Virus record (IMG/VR): IMGVR_UViG_3300029305_011953
Coordinates: 9,990-73,989 of that record
Reading direction: 5' to 3' (one strand)
Source: a virus
Lineage: Duplodnaviria; Caudoviricetes
Length of the DNA: 64,000 bases
Shown: piece after piece, positions 8,915-17,800 of the stretch
How positions within the stretch are numbered: position 1 is the stretch's first letter
How the letters are laid out: each line of letters begins with the position of its first letter
Position numbers and translations under genes: made by a program
The notes under the pieces: model-generated
Seen by the model: only the letters and a program-made list of their open reading frames with translations
Database searches by the model: none
Told to the model about the DNA's origin: nothing

Positions 8915-11028
8915 TTGTACCGTTTAGAGGATATGTAAAAACCAAGGATAAAAGCCCTTGTCAGAAGTTCGGAAACGGAGAGCCACTTTTGACATTGGAA
9001 GAAGTGGAAAATCTCGATGAATACGCAGGGATATTAAACGGTGAGTTTACGGTCAAAGACGTGGACGAAACTGGTGAGGCGGAAAGGGTTTATAGGTTCG
9101 TAACCGATATGAACTACAACTGCCGTGTATACAAAACGACCAGGGGTCTGCACTTTATGTTCAAAAGCAGTCCCTATTGCACGAAAGGCGTGGTTAAGGC
9201 TACCGATGCGCTCGGTTTTTCCTTCGACGTCCGCACGGGCAAGAATATGTACGTAGTCTTGAAAAGCAAGGGGAAAGTAAGAGAAATTATTCGAGATTTT
9301 GACGAGTCTCGACCGATTGACGAATTTCCTAAATGCCTTGCACCTGTCCGCAATGCCCAGAAGTTCACCGGTATGGGTGACGGTGATGGAAGAAACGGTG
9401 CATTGTTCAAGCATTCTGCTTTACTTTTGAAATGCGGATATACGCCTTCCGAGGTAAAGAGTATTCTGTATTTTATCAACAACTACGCATTCGACGAACG
9501 CCTCTCTGAAGAAGAGATGCAGAAGATAACCAGAAGAGAGGCATTAGAGAATTTCGTAGAGAGTAGCTCTGCGGCAGAAGACTTCGGTAACCCTCTTAAG
9601 CCGACTACGCAAAACGATATCGGTATGGCGGAATTGTTCGTGCAAGAATACCGAAATGAGGTGCGTTATAGCCCTGCAACGGGGTGGATTGTTTGGGATG
9701 GAACGAGATGGGAGCCTTCTGAACTGAAAGCGGAGCAGAAGTATATCGAGTTCGTGAAAAGAGCGCTGAAAGAGGCTCGAAAAGAGGTGCAGAACTCTTA
9801 TGGCACTCTTGGCGAAGTTGCTATGGGAGAGGGCGAAAAGAGTGCAAAAGAGGATGCGGAGAGAGCGATAAAAGAGGCGCTTGCTTATTTCAAATTCGTC
9901 AACAAGATGTGCGATAGCGGAAAAATAAAAGCCGTGATGAGCATTGCGAAGGGGTTTCTTGAAATAGGTGTTAGCGAATTGGACAGCAATCCGTTTGAAT
10001 TGAACACACCCTTTGGCATTGTGGATTTGAAAACGGGAGTAGTATATCCGCACCGTGCGGAGTCATATTGCACCAAAATAACCAAGGTGGCTGCGACGAT
10101 GGACGGTATGGATATGTGGCAAGAATGTCTTGACTTGGTTTCGCAGAACGACGAGGAGTTCAAGTCATATTTGCAAACCGCCGCCGGAGCGATTGCAATT
10201 GGTAAGGTCTATCAAGAGGCACTCATCATTGCCTTTGGGGACGGCGCAAACGGCAAAAGCACGGTTTTCAACACAATTTATGAAGTTTTAGGCGATTATG
10301 CGGGCAAAATCCCTGCGGAATCGCTGACTACGAAGGCGAGAAACACCAAAGTTGACCTTGCAGAACTGCTTGGAAAGCGGTTTGTCCTTGCAAGCGAAAC
10401 GGAAGAAGGTCAACGTCTTTCTACCAGTATGCTGAAACAGATTGCAAGCGTGGATACCATCACGGGCGAGAAAAAGTACCACGATCCGTTCACGTTCACA
10501 CCTACGCACACAACTGTGCTTTATACGAACCACCTGCCGAGAGTAGGTAGCAACGATAAAGGCACGTGGCGAAGACTGATAGTTGCACCGTTTAACGCAA
10601 ACATTAAGAACCCCAGAACCAACTATGGCGAAGAACTGCTGACGAAGGCAAGCGGTGCGGTTTTGAAGTGGATAATCGACGGCGCAAAGATGTTTATTGA
10701 CGGCGGGTTCAAGATACCGCATTGCAAAAAGGTGGACGATGCGATTGGCAAGTACCGTGAAGAGAACGATTGGCTTGCACATTTCCTTTCGGAGTGTTGC
10801 ATTGTCGGCGAAAAGGAGTCGGTCGGCGGGGGCGTGCTTTATAAGGCTTACCGCGCGTGGGCTACGGAAACGGGCGAGTATGTGCGCCGAAATAGGGATT
10901 TTGCGGATGCGTTGCGTGTCGCAGGTTTTGAAATGAAGAAAACAAGCAAAGAAAACGTATGGAAAGGGCTGACTTTGTCGGTTGACAGAGCATACGGTAC
11001 AACGGCAGAGGAGGATTTCCTGAAATAA
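8911..11028 (+). CDS. Phage primase-polymerase / D5-type SF3 helicase (P4 family)
   Basis: N-terminal prim-pol-like KTTRGLHF, D5_N-like NDIGMAELF and WIVWDGTRW, Walker A GDGANGKST, LASETEEG, HTTVLYTNHLP. Confidence 0.9.
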   Translation: MIVPFRGYVKTKDKSPCQKFGNGEPLLTLEEVENLDEYAGILNGEFTVKDVDETGEAERVYRFVTDMNYNCRVYKTTRGLHFMFKSSPYCTKGVVKATDALGFSFDVRTGKNMYVVLKSKGKVREIIRDFDESRPIDEFPKCLAPVRNAQKFTGMGDGDGRNGALFKHSALLLKCGYTPSEVKSILYFINNYAFDERLSEEEMQKITRREALENFVESSSAAEDFGNPLKPTTQNDIGMAELFVQEYRNEVRYSPATGWIVWDGTRWEPSELKAEQKYIEFVKRALKEARKEVQNSYGTLGEVAMGEGEKSAKEDAERAIKEALAYFKFVNKMCDSGKIKAVMSIAKGFLEIGVSELDSNPFELNTPFGIVDLKTGVVYPHRAESYCTKITKVAATMDGMDMWQECLDLVSQNDEEFKSYLQTAAGAIAIGKVYQEALIIAFGDGANGKSTVFNTIYEVLGDYAGKIPAESLTTKARNTKVDLAELLGKRFVLASETEEGQRLSTSMLKQIASVDTITGEKKYHDPFTFTPTHTTVLYTNHLPRVGSNDKGTWRRLIVAPFNANIKNPRTNYGEELLTKASGAVLKWIIDGAKMFIDGGFKIPHCKKVDDAIGKYREENDWLAHFLSECCIVGEKESVGGGVLYKAYRAWATETGEYVRRNRDFADALRVAGFEMKKTSKENVWKGLTLSVDRAYGTTAEEDFLK

Positions 11029-11033
11029 GGGTA

Positions 11034-11132
11034 GTGGAAGATAAATGGAGTATGAAACAGTAAATTTACTTAAAGAAATCAAAAAATTAAAAAATATAGA
11101 AATTTATGAATTTATACTCCATTATCCTCCAC
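11034..11132. repeat. Inverted repeat flanking an AT-rich core; putative phage replication origin
   Basis: GTGGAAGATAAATGGAGTAT (11034-11053) versus ATACTCCATTATCCTCCAC (11114-11132), with about 60 bp of AT-rich DNA between, directly after the primase gene. Confidence 0.55.
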
Positions 11133-11154
11133 AGCAATTCTCAAGGGTGGCTGT

Positions 11155-11436
11155 ATGGAAGAAAAGCGAATAGAAAGGAAACTTAAAAAGGCGGTCAAAA
11201 ATTGCGGAGGTATGTGCTTGAAATTCGTGTCCCCATCTTTTGATGGCGTTCCCGACAGGATTGTACTGCTACCGCAAGGACGCATTGCTTTTGTAGAAAC
11301 AAAGGCAACGGGAGAGGAAATGCGACCTCTCCAGAAATACAGAAAAAGGCAGTTGGAAAGACTCGGTTTTTTGGTTTTCTGCCTTGACAACGAAAACGAC
11401 ATAGGAGAGATTATCAATGAAATACGTACCGTATGA
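11155..11436 (+). CDS. VRR-NUC domain nuclease
   Basis: EKRIERKL, KFVSPSFDGVPDRIVL, FVETKA, RPLQKYR. Confidence 0.9.
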   Translation: MEEKRIERKLKKAVKNCGGMCLKFVSPSFDGVPDRIVLLPQGRIAFVETKATGEEMRPLQKYRKRQLERLGFLVFCLDNENDIGEIINEIRTV

Positions 11437-12763
11437 ATATCAGCAATACGCCACAAGGTTTATCGAAAAAAACGAGGTCGCAGCCATTTTCCTGGAATGC
11501 GGTCTTGGGAAGAGTGTGATAACCTTGACGGCAATCAAAAACTTAATAGCAAAGGGCGAAGTAAAAAAAGTGCTTGTCATTGCGCCTTTGCGTGTAGGGA
11601 AGACAACTTGGCCCGATGAAATTGAAAAGTGGGAACACCTGAAAGGCTTGACCTATTCGGTTGCAATCGGGACGGTAAAGGAAAGGGAGTCGGCGTTAAG
11701 AAAAAATGCAGATATCACGATCATTAACAGAGAAAACGTGGAATGGCTGATTGCGAAAAGCGGAGTTCCCTTTGACTACGATATGGTGGTTATAGACGAG
11801 CTTTCGTCCTTCAAATCCTATAAAGCAAAGCGTTTCAAATATCTTTTGAAAGCAAGACCTACGGTGGAAAGGATTGTCGGCTTGACGGGAACGCCTTCTT
11901 CCAACGGCTTGATGGATTTGTGGGCGCAGTTCCGATTGCTTGACCTTGGCGAAAGACTGGGGCGGTACATAACCAGATACCGTGAAGGCTACTTCACTCC
12001 CGATAAGCGGAATGCCCAAGTGGTATTTTCCTACAAACCCTTGCCTGGGGCGGAAGAGAAAATCTACGATAAAATCGGCGATATTACGATTTCGATGAAA
12101 GCAAAGGATTATTTGAAAATGCCAGACCTCGTGATGAATACCGTAAAGGTTAAAATGTCGGATAAAGATGGGGCAATTTACGAGCAGTTGAAGGATGATA
12201 TGTTCATCGATATTCGTGAAGAGGAAATCGACGTTGCAAATGCGGCGGCTCTGTCAAATAAACTTCAACAGTTGGCGAACGGTGCGATTTACGGCGTGGA
12301 CAAGAAGGTCATCCGTATCCACGACGGGAAGTTGGATGCTTTGGAGGATTTAATCGAGAGCGCCAACGGCAAACCAGTCCTTGTGGCGTATTGGTTCAAG
12401 CACGATTTGGAACGCATCAAGGAGCGTTTTCCTTTCGTTCGTGAAATCAAAACCCCCGACGATATAAAGGCTTGGAACAAGGGGGAAATCCTTGTGGGGA
12501 TTATTCATCCTGCATCCGCCGGACACGGCTTGAATTTACAACAGGGCGGTTCGACGATGATATGGTTTGGCTTAACGTGGAGCTTGGAACTTTATCAACA
12601 AACGATTGCAAGGTTGTACCGCCAAGGGCAAACGAAAACGGTTGTGGTACACCACATTGTAACCGAGGGGACGATTGACGAGTTGATGTTGGTTTCCCTT
12701 GACAGGAAAGAAAAAAGACAAGACGCATTGATTGATGCGGTAAAAGCACAGATAAGGAGGTAG
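11417..12763 (+). CDS. SNF2-family phage helicase
   Basis: FLECGLGKS, VIDELSSFK, LTGTPSSNG, HPASAGHGLNLQ, ARLYRQGQ. Confidence 0.92.
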   Translation: MKYVPYEYQQYATRFIEKNEVAAIFLECGLGKSVITLTAIKNLIAKGEVKKVLVIAPLRVGKTTWPDEIEKWEHLKGLTYSVAIGTVKERESALRKNADITIINRENVEWLIAKSGVPFDYDMVVIDELSSFKSYKAKRFKYLLKARPTVERIVGLTGTPSSNGLMDLWAQFRLLDLGERLGRYITRYREGYFTPDKRNAQVVFSYKPLPGAEEKIYDKIGDITISMKAKDYLKMPDLVMNTVKVKMSDKDGAIYEQLKDDMFIDIREEEIDVANAAALSNKLQQLANGAIYGVDKKVIRIHDGKLDALEDLIESANGKPVLVAYWFKHDLERIKERFPFVREIKTPDDIKAWNKGEILVGIIHPASAGHGLNLQQGGSTMIWFGLTWSLELYQQTIARLYRQGQTKTVVVHHIVTEGTIDELMLVSLDRKEKRQDALIDAVKAQIRR

Positions 12764-12766
12764 CGT

Positions 12767-12985
12767 ATGAAATCAGCAGAGTGGCAAGAAAACCTGGCAC
12801 ACGCCATTATATTGCAAGCGGTGAGGGATTACCGTGATGTGCGAAAAATCTTACGCAAGTATCCCGAACACGACTTGTCTTTGAAATTAAAAGCAGAAGT
12901 GGAGGAGTTCTTCCTTTCGAGTTGGTTCACGGTTTTAACGAACCTTGATGGGAAGGCACTCTTAAAAAAATTACAGGAGGAGTGA
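12767..12985 (+). CDS. Small conserved phage hypothetical protein
   Basis: RBS AGGAGG; ENLAHAIILQAVRDYR motif common in this gene position. Confidence 0.7.
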   Translation: MKSAEWQENLAHAIILQAVRDYRDVRKILRKYPEHDLSLKLKAEVEEFFLSSWFTVLTNLDGKALLKKLQEE

Positions 12986-12989
12986 GAAT

Positions 12990-13403
12990 ATGACAAAGAA
13001 GGAATATCTGAACCAAGCGTATTATTTGGATAAGCAAATCAAACGGGATTTGTTGCAATTGGAAAACTTAAAAAGCATAGCCGATTCCATTCCTTCGCCG
13101 TGCTTTGGGGAAAAGGTAAAGAGTACGAGAAACTTCGACCCGCCGTTCGTGAGAACGTTAGAAAAGATATGGCAAAAGGAGGAAGAAATCAACGTGGAGA
13201 TTGCAAAGCTACTGGATTTGAAGGACGAGATTCGTGCGGTCATTAATACGCTTGCAAATCAAGACGAGAGATTGGTTTTGGACTACCGCTACCTGCTTTT
13301 CCATAAGTTGGAGGAGATAGCGGCGGAAATGAACGTGAGTATGTCGAGCGTTAAGCGTTGGCACCAGAACGGAATAAAAAATTTGACGATTCCTAAAAGT
13401 TGA
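12990..13403 (+). CDS. RinA/ArpU-like (DUF1492) late transcriptional activator
   Basis: MTKKEYLNQAY N-terminus and C-terminal HTH (RLVLDYRYLLFHKLEEIAAEMNVSMSSVKRWHQNGI); last early gene before packaging. Confidence 0.82.
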   Translation: MTKKEYLNQAYYLDKQIKRDLLQLENLKSIADSIPSPCFGEKVKSTRNFDPPFVRTLEKIWQKEEEINVEIAKLLDLKDEIRAVINTLANQDERLVLDYRYLLFHKLEEIAAEMNVSMSSVKRWHQNGIKNLTIPKS

Positions 13404-13476
13404 ACCCTTTTGAGCCTTTTTTATCCAAATTGAGCCGAAATGAGCCTTGATGAGCCGTTGCCATTTGTGGTATGAT
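13401..13476 (+). promoter_or_regulatory. Late promoter with helically phased TGAGCC repeats
   Basis: TGAACC at 13401 and TGAGCC at 13411, 13431, 13441, 13451; extended -10 TGGTATGAT at 13468-13476. Confidence 0.65.
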
Positions 13477-13497
13477 ATACTTGTGAAAATATAACGT

Positions 13498-13528
13498 AAG
13501 CCTTTGAGAAATCAAGGGCTTATTTTTA
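13498..13528 (+). terminator. Hairpin/attenuator just downstream of the late promoter
   Basis: AAGCCTTTGA-GAAA-TCAAGGGCTT followed by ATTTTTAT. Confidence 0.5.
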
Positions 13529-13541
13529 TGGGGAAATAATT

Positions 13542-13922
13542 ATGCCAAGAAAACCGAAGAAACCGTGTGCGTTTCCTGGTTGTCCTAAATTAACTGACGG
13601 AAGATACTGTGAAGAGCATACCAAGGTGATGAACGACAGGTACAATAAATATGAACGCCCCTACGATTCTTCGGAAAGGTATGGAAGTCTGTGGCGGAAG
13701 ATAAGAAACCGCTACATCAAAAAGCATCCTTACTGTGAGGAGTGCTTGAAGAACAGAAAGCTGACGAAGGCAGAAGAAGTTCATCACATTCTTCCGTTGA
13801 ACCATGGAGGAACACACGCAGAAAATAATTTGATGTCTCTGTGCAAGCCATGTCACTCACGCATCACAGCATTGATGGGAGACCGCTGGGGCAAGCCAAC
13901 AGAGGATGGGTCTAAAAAGTAG
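13542..13922 (+). CDS. Terminase-associated HNH endonuclease
   Basis: MPRKPKKPCAFPGCP, HPYCEEC, EVHHILPL, HAENNLMSLCKPCHSRI; directly upstream of terS. Confidence 0.92.
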   Translation: MPRKPKKPCAFPGCPKLTDGRYCEEHTKVMNDRYNKYERPYDSSERYGSLWRKIRNRYIKKHPYCEECLKNRKLTKAEEVHHILPLNHGGTHAENNLMSLCKPCHSRITALMGDRWGKPTEDGSKK

Positions 13923-13969
13923 GCGCAACCTCCCGCGAGGATGGGTCTATTTTTTTTACGCAACCTCCC
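13902..13969 (+). repeat. Tandem 33-bp imperfect direct repeat GAGGATGGGTCTA-N9-CGCAACCTCCC
   Basis: Copies at 13902-13934 and 13937-13969; a third related copy lies at 45655-45683. Confidence 0.8.
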
Positions 13970-13974
13970 TTGGG

Positions 13975-14050
13975 GGCATCGGGGGTAGGGGAGGTCAAAT
14001 CTCTGGCTCTCCCTGCCGAACAGCGGGCGCGGGCTTTCGTGTGCAAAAAT
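13975..14050. other. Candidate cos/packaging site
   Basis: GC-rich GGGGAGGTCAAATCTCT...AGCGGGCGCGGGCTTTCGTGTGCAAAA between HNH and terS, the usual cos position in HNH/HK97-type phages. Confidence 0.5.
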
Positions 14051-14101
14051 TGCTTTTCAAACGTGGTATTAACCCCACCCCTAAAATGAAGGAGGAAAAC
14101 T

Positions 14102-14638
14102 GTGGCAAAAGACGGAACAATGCGAGGTGGCGCTCGTATCGGTGCAGGCAAGAAACCAAAGGCTCTGCACGAAAAAATCGCCGAGGGAAAAGACGATGGT
14201 GCAATGGTGCTGCCGAACCCTATTGATTTGGACGGAGTTGACGTTCCGCCCGTGAAAGAATATTTGAAAGCCACCCAGAAAAACGGAAAGGCGATGTGCG
14301 CCGAGGAAGTGTACAAGGAAATCTATCTGTGGCTGAAACAAAGACGGTGTGAAAAGCTCGTCAGCAAGCAACTCATCGAGCAGTACGCAATGAGCGTTTC
14401 TCGTTGGGTGCAATGTGAAGAAGCGATTTCCGAATATGGTTTCCTTGCGAAACACCCCACGACAGGGAACGCAATCGCAAGTCCGTATGTGGCGATGAGC
14501 CAACAGTATATGAAGCAGTCGAACCAAATCTGGTATCAAATCTTCCAGGTAGTAAAAGAGAACTGCTCGGTGGATTATGGTGGCAGTCCGCACGACGATA
14601 TGATGGAAAAATTACTCGCATCAAGGCGAGGAAAATAA
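14102..14638 (+). CDS. Terminase small subunit (P27 family)
   Basis: MAKDGTMRGGARIGAGKKPK, LIEQYAMSVSRWVQCEE, KHPTTGNAIASPYV; RBS GAAGGAGG. Confidence 0.88.
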   Translation: MAKDGTMRGGARIGAGKKPKALHEKIAEGKDDGAMVLPNPIDLDGVDVPPVKEYLKATQKNGKAMCAEEVYKEIYLWLKQRRCEKLVSKQLIEQYAMSVSRWVQCEEAISEYGFLAKHPTTGNAIASPYVAMSQQYMKQSNQIWYQIFQVVKENCSVDYGGSPHDDMMEKLLASRRGK

Positions 14639-14654
14639 AGGAGAGATACGAAAA

Positions 14655-15689
14655 ATGAGACTTTTTTCTACGGAACAAGTCAGCAAGTATCATCCCGATA
14701 AATATGCAGACCAAATTTCGGATGCGATTTTGACGGCTTGCTTGCGCCAAGACAAAGACAGCCATTGTGGAATTGAAACGATGGTCAAGGACAACACGGT
14801 CGTTCTCGGTGGCGAGATTACGACCAAGGCAAAAATCGACGTTGAGCAGATTGTAAAGCAAGTTGCTGCCAAGCTCGGCTATACGGTGGATAAGGTTATA
14901 AACCTTATCGGTCAGCAATCGCCGCAAATCAATAACGCGGTATCCTCGGTGGAAGAAATCGGTGCGGGAGACCAAGGCACGATGTTTGGGTATGCTACAG
15001 CAGAAACATCAAGCAGACTTCCGTTTGGTTTTGACCTTGCGAATAAAATCATCAAGGCGATTGAAACGGACGTGGAGACGAACCCCGATACGATTTTTAA
15101 GGGCGATGCAAAAACGCAGGTAGTCGTTGACCTTGACAAAGAGCCGACCTTTGAATCGGTAAAAAGTATCCTCGTTTCGGCTTGCCATAAAGAGGGAATT
15201 GCTCTTGATGTCGTAAAATGCCGAATTAGGGCGTTAATTGCCGAAATTTGGGACGATACCGAACTCCCCGAACTGATTATCAATCCGTCGGGAGCGTGGA
15301 CAATTGGCGGTGCTACGGCGGATTGCGGTTTGACGGGTAGAAAGATTGTTTGCGACCAATACGGTGGCTACTGTGCTGTCGGCGGCGGTGCTTTCTCTGG
15401 CAAAGACCCGACGAAGGTTGACCGTTCGGCGAGTTATATTGCGAGAAAAATTGCTGTTGACTTGCTCGAAGCGTATGACCTTAAGTGGTGCGAAGTACAG
15501 CTTGGTTATGCAATCGGCATCGCAGAACCCATTTCCGTTTGCGTAAAAAACGACAAAGGGTTTGACCTTTCCGACGAAGTAAGAAAATATTATTCGTTGA
15601 CCCCTCGTGGAATTATCGAAGAACTCGGTCTTTTAGAAAAGGACTACGAGAAGATTGCGGAAGGGTGTCATTATAGGGAAAAATTCTAA
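14655..15689 (+). CDS. metK: Phage-encoded S-adenosylmethionine synthetase (compact, divergent)
   Basis: HPDKYADQISDAI, GAGDQG, GDAKTQV, GLTGRKI, GGGAFSGKDPTKVDRS. Confidence 0.92.
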   Translation: MRLFSTEQVSKYHPDKYADQISDAILTACLRQDKDSHCGIETMVKDNTVVLGGEITTKAKIDVEQIVKQVAAKLGYTVDKVINLIGQQSPQINNAVSSVEEIGAGDQGTMFGYATAETSSRLPFGFDLANKIIKAIETDVETNPDTIFKGDAKTQVVVDLDKEPTFESVKSILVSACHKEGIALDVVKCRIRALIAEIWDDTELPELIINPSGAWTIGGATADCGLTGRKIVCDQYGGYCAVGGGAFSGKDPTKVDRSASYIARKIAVDLLEAYDLKWCEVQLGYAIGIAEPISVCVKNDKGFDLSDEVRKYYSLTPRGIIEELGLLEKDYEKIAEGCHYREKF

Positions 15690-15717
15690 ATTTTCCTAAA
15701 AATTTTATTAAAAACGT

Positions 15718-15746
15718 TTGACAAGATAAAAAAATGTGGATATAAT
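15718..15746 (+). promoter_or_regulatory. Perfect-consensus sigma-A promoter of the nucleotidyltransferase moron
   Basis: TTGACA (15718-15723)-17 bp-TATAAT (15741-15746). Confidence 0.9.
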
Positions 15747-15806
15747 ACTATGATTTAGTGCAGAAAGTGCTAAATGGGTGGCTTGGGAAACAAGGAGTTT
15801 TGTATT

Positions 15807-16457
15807 ATGTACCACTATATCGAAGACAAAGAATTTTTGAAGAGAATGCGTAGCCTGTGCGCCGACATTATTAACCAGTTGGTTCAAAAAATCAACAGGG
15901 AAGGAAAAATGACGGTTGAAGCTCACCTTGTTGGTAGCGGGGCGAGAAATATGGAAACGCAAAATGCCAATCAACCCGTTGACCTTGACTATAACCTTTG
16001 GGTCTATAAGTGCGATGATATAAATGATTGTCGTGCAATCAAAGAATACGTGAGAAAAACTTTCAATAAGGTGTTGAAAGCAAATGGTTGGTCTGACTGC
16101 GAGGATTCAACTTCTTCCTTAACGACGGAAAGAAGACACTTCACGAAAGGAAATCAAACGGAATTTAGTATCGACCTTGCTATTGTTGCAGAAGGGCGCA
16201 CAGACAACTGGTATCGACTTATCCATAAGAAGACGGGATATGTGCAGAGGGATGAATATTGGTGGCAAGAAGCACCACATTCCGATGGGCTGCGAGATAA
16301 GGTTGACGATTTAAAAGACAATGATTTGTGGCTTGAGGTTCGTCAAACCTATCTCGACAAGAAAAATATGTATTTGAGAAGGCAGGATAAAAACCATCCT
16401 TCTTTCAACGTGTACATAGAATCGGTAAATGAAGTTTACTATAAGCATTTTAGATAA
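15807..16457 (+). CDS. Stand-alone Pol-beta-superfamily nucleotidyltransferase (cGAS/DncV-like, SMODS-like)
   Basis: hGS-x13-DhD motif (HLVGSGARNMETQNANQPVDLDY) plus third acidic strand FSIDLAIV; RBS AAGGAG 9 nt before ATG 15807. Confidence 0.75.
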   Translation: MYHYIEDKEFLKRMRSLCADIINQLVQKINREGKMTVEAHLVGSGARNMETQNANQPVDLDYNLWVYKCDDINDCRAIKEYVRKTFNKVLKANGWSDCEDSTSSLTTERRHFTKGNQTEFSIDLAIVAEGRTDNWYRLIHKKTGYVQRDEYWWQEAPHSDGLRDKVDDLKDNDLWLEVRQTYLDKKNMYLRRQDKNHPSFNVYIESVNEVYYKHFR

Positions 16458-16474
16458 AAATAAATAATTGACGG

Positions 16475-16503
16475 AACCGTCCTGTAAAAGGGGCGGTTTT
16501 TTC
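16475..16503 (+). terminator. Intrinsic terminator closing the nucleotidyltransferase moron
   Basis: AACCGTCCT-GTAAA-AGGGGCGGTT followed by a T run. Confidence 0.75.
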
Positions 16504-16522
16504 ATGCCAAAAAGGAGGAATA

Positions 16523-17800
16523 ATGGCGAGAACAACGACAGAAATGCAACTGATCGAACTCTCGAAATTGGTCCCGTATGTCAATAACGCACGAACGCAC
16601 TCGGTGGAGCAGATAAACAAACTTCGGTCGAGTCTTCGTGAGTTTGGTTTTATTAACCCAGTCATTATTGACAAGGACTACGGCATCATCGCGGGACACG
16701 GTCGTGTGATTGCAGCGAGAGAAGAAGGTATTGAAAAAGTGCCTTGCGTGTTGGTGGATTATCTCACGGAGGCACAGAAGAAAGCGTACATTTTGGCTGA
16801 CAACCGTATGGCTTTGGATGCAGGATGGGATGAAGAACTTCTGCGTGTGGAAATCGAGGCTTTGCAAGGCGAGAACTTTGACGTTGGTTTGACGGGTTTT
16901 GATGAAAAGGAACTTGCAGACCTCTTCAAAGGGGAAGATAAGGAAATCGAAGATGACGATTTTGACTTAACCGCCGCCCTTGAAAAAGCATCGTTTGTAC
17001 AAAGGGGCGATGTTTGGACGGTGGGACGGCATAGGCTCGTGTGCGGTGATGCGACCAATGCCGACGACGTGAAAACCTTAATGGACGGCAAACGCGCCAA
17101 CCTCATTCTGACAGATCCGCCGTATGGCGTTTCCTTTAAGAGTAAGAGTGGCTTGACTATCCAAAACGACAGTATGAAGGACGATGAGTTCTATCAATTC
17201 TTATATAAAGCCTTCGTGAATATGGCGGAAAATTTAGAGCCAGGCGGTTCTGCTTATGTTTTCCACGCCGACACCGAAGGCTTAAAGTTTAGAAAGGCGT
17301 TTATTGATGCAGGTTTCCACCTTGCCGGTGTTTGCATTTGGGCGAAGAATAGCCTTGTCCTTGGCAGGTCGGATTATCAATGGCAACACGAACCCGTTTT
17401 ATACGGCTTTTTGCAGAACGGCAAGCATAAGTGGTATTCGGATAGAAAGCAGACGACCATTTGGAACTTTAACAAGCCTAAACGCAATGAAAATCATCCC
17501 ACGAGTAAGCCACTTGACTTGCTCGGCTATGCGTTGAAGAACTCTTCGCAGGAAAATGCTATTGTTGTGGATACGTTCGGCGGAAGTGGTTCTACGCTTA
17601 TGGCGTGCGAGGGGATGAATCGTATCTGCTATACCATTGAACTTGACGAAAAGTACGCATCCGTTATTCTTCGTCGATATGTCGAGGATACTGGCAATGC
17701 AGATGGAGTCTTCGTGGTGCGAGATGGTAAGCAAATCCCGTATGCCGACCTTGTAAAAGAAGTGCAAGGCAGAAACAGCAATGCGGATAGCGATAATTGA
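16523..17800 (+). CDS. ParB-N-terminal domain fused to an N4/N6 DNA methyltransferase
   Basis: LVPYVNNARTH and IIAGHGRV (ParB-like); LTDPPYG, HPTSKPLDL and VDTFGGSGST (beta-class amino-methyltransferase). Confidence 0.92.
   Translation: MARTTTEMQLIELSKLVPYVNNARTHSVEQINKLRSSLREFGFINPVIIDKDYGIIAGHGRVIAAREEGIEKVPCVLVDYLTEAQKKAYILADNRMALDAGWDEELLRVEIEALQGENFDVGLTGFDEKELADLFKGEDKEIEDDDFDLTAALEKASFVQRGDVWTVGRHRLVCGDATNADDVKTLMDGKRANLILTDPPYGVSFKSKSGLTIQNDSMKDDEFYQFLYKAFVNMAENLEPGGSAYVFHADTEGLKFRKAFIDAGFHLAGVCIWAKNSLVLGRSDYQWQHEPVLYGFLQNGKHKWYSDRKQTTIWNFNKPKRNENHPTSKPLDLLGYALKNSSQENAIVVDTFGGSGSTLMACEGMNRICYTIELDEKYASVILRRYVEDTGNADGVFVVRDGKQIPYADLVKEVQGRNSNADSDN

Noticed and set aside
15807-16457. 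Complete CBASS operon
   Set aside because: No Cap effector (TM, patatin, SAVED, TIR, nuclease) or Cap2/3 gene is adjacent, and the unit is closed by its own terminator. It is kept only as an orphan NTase.
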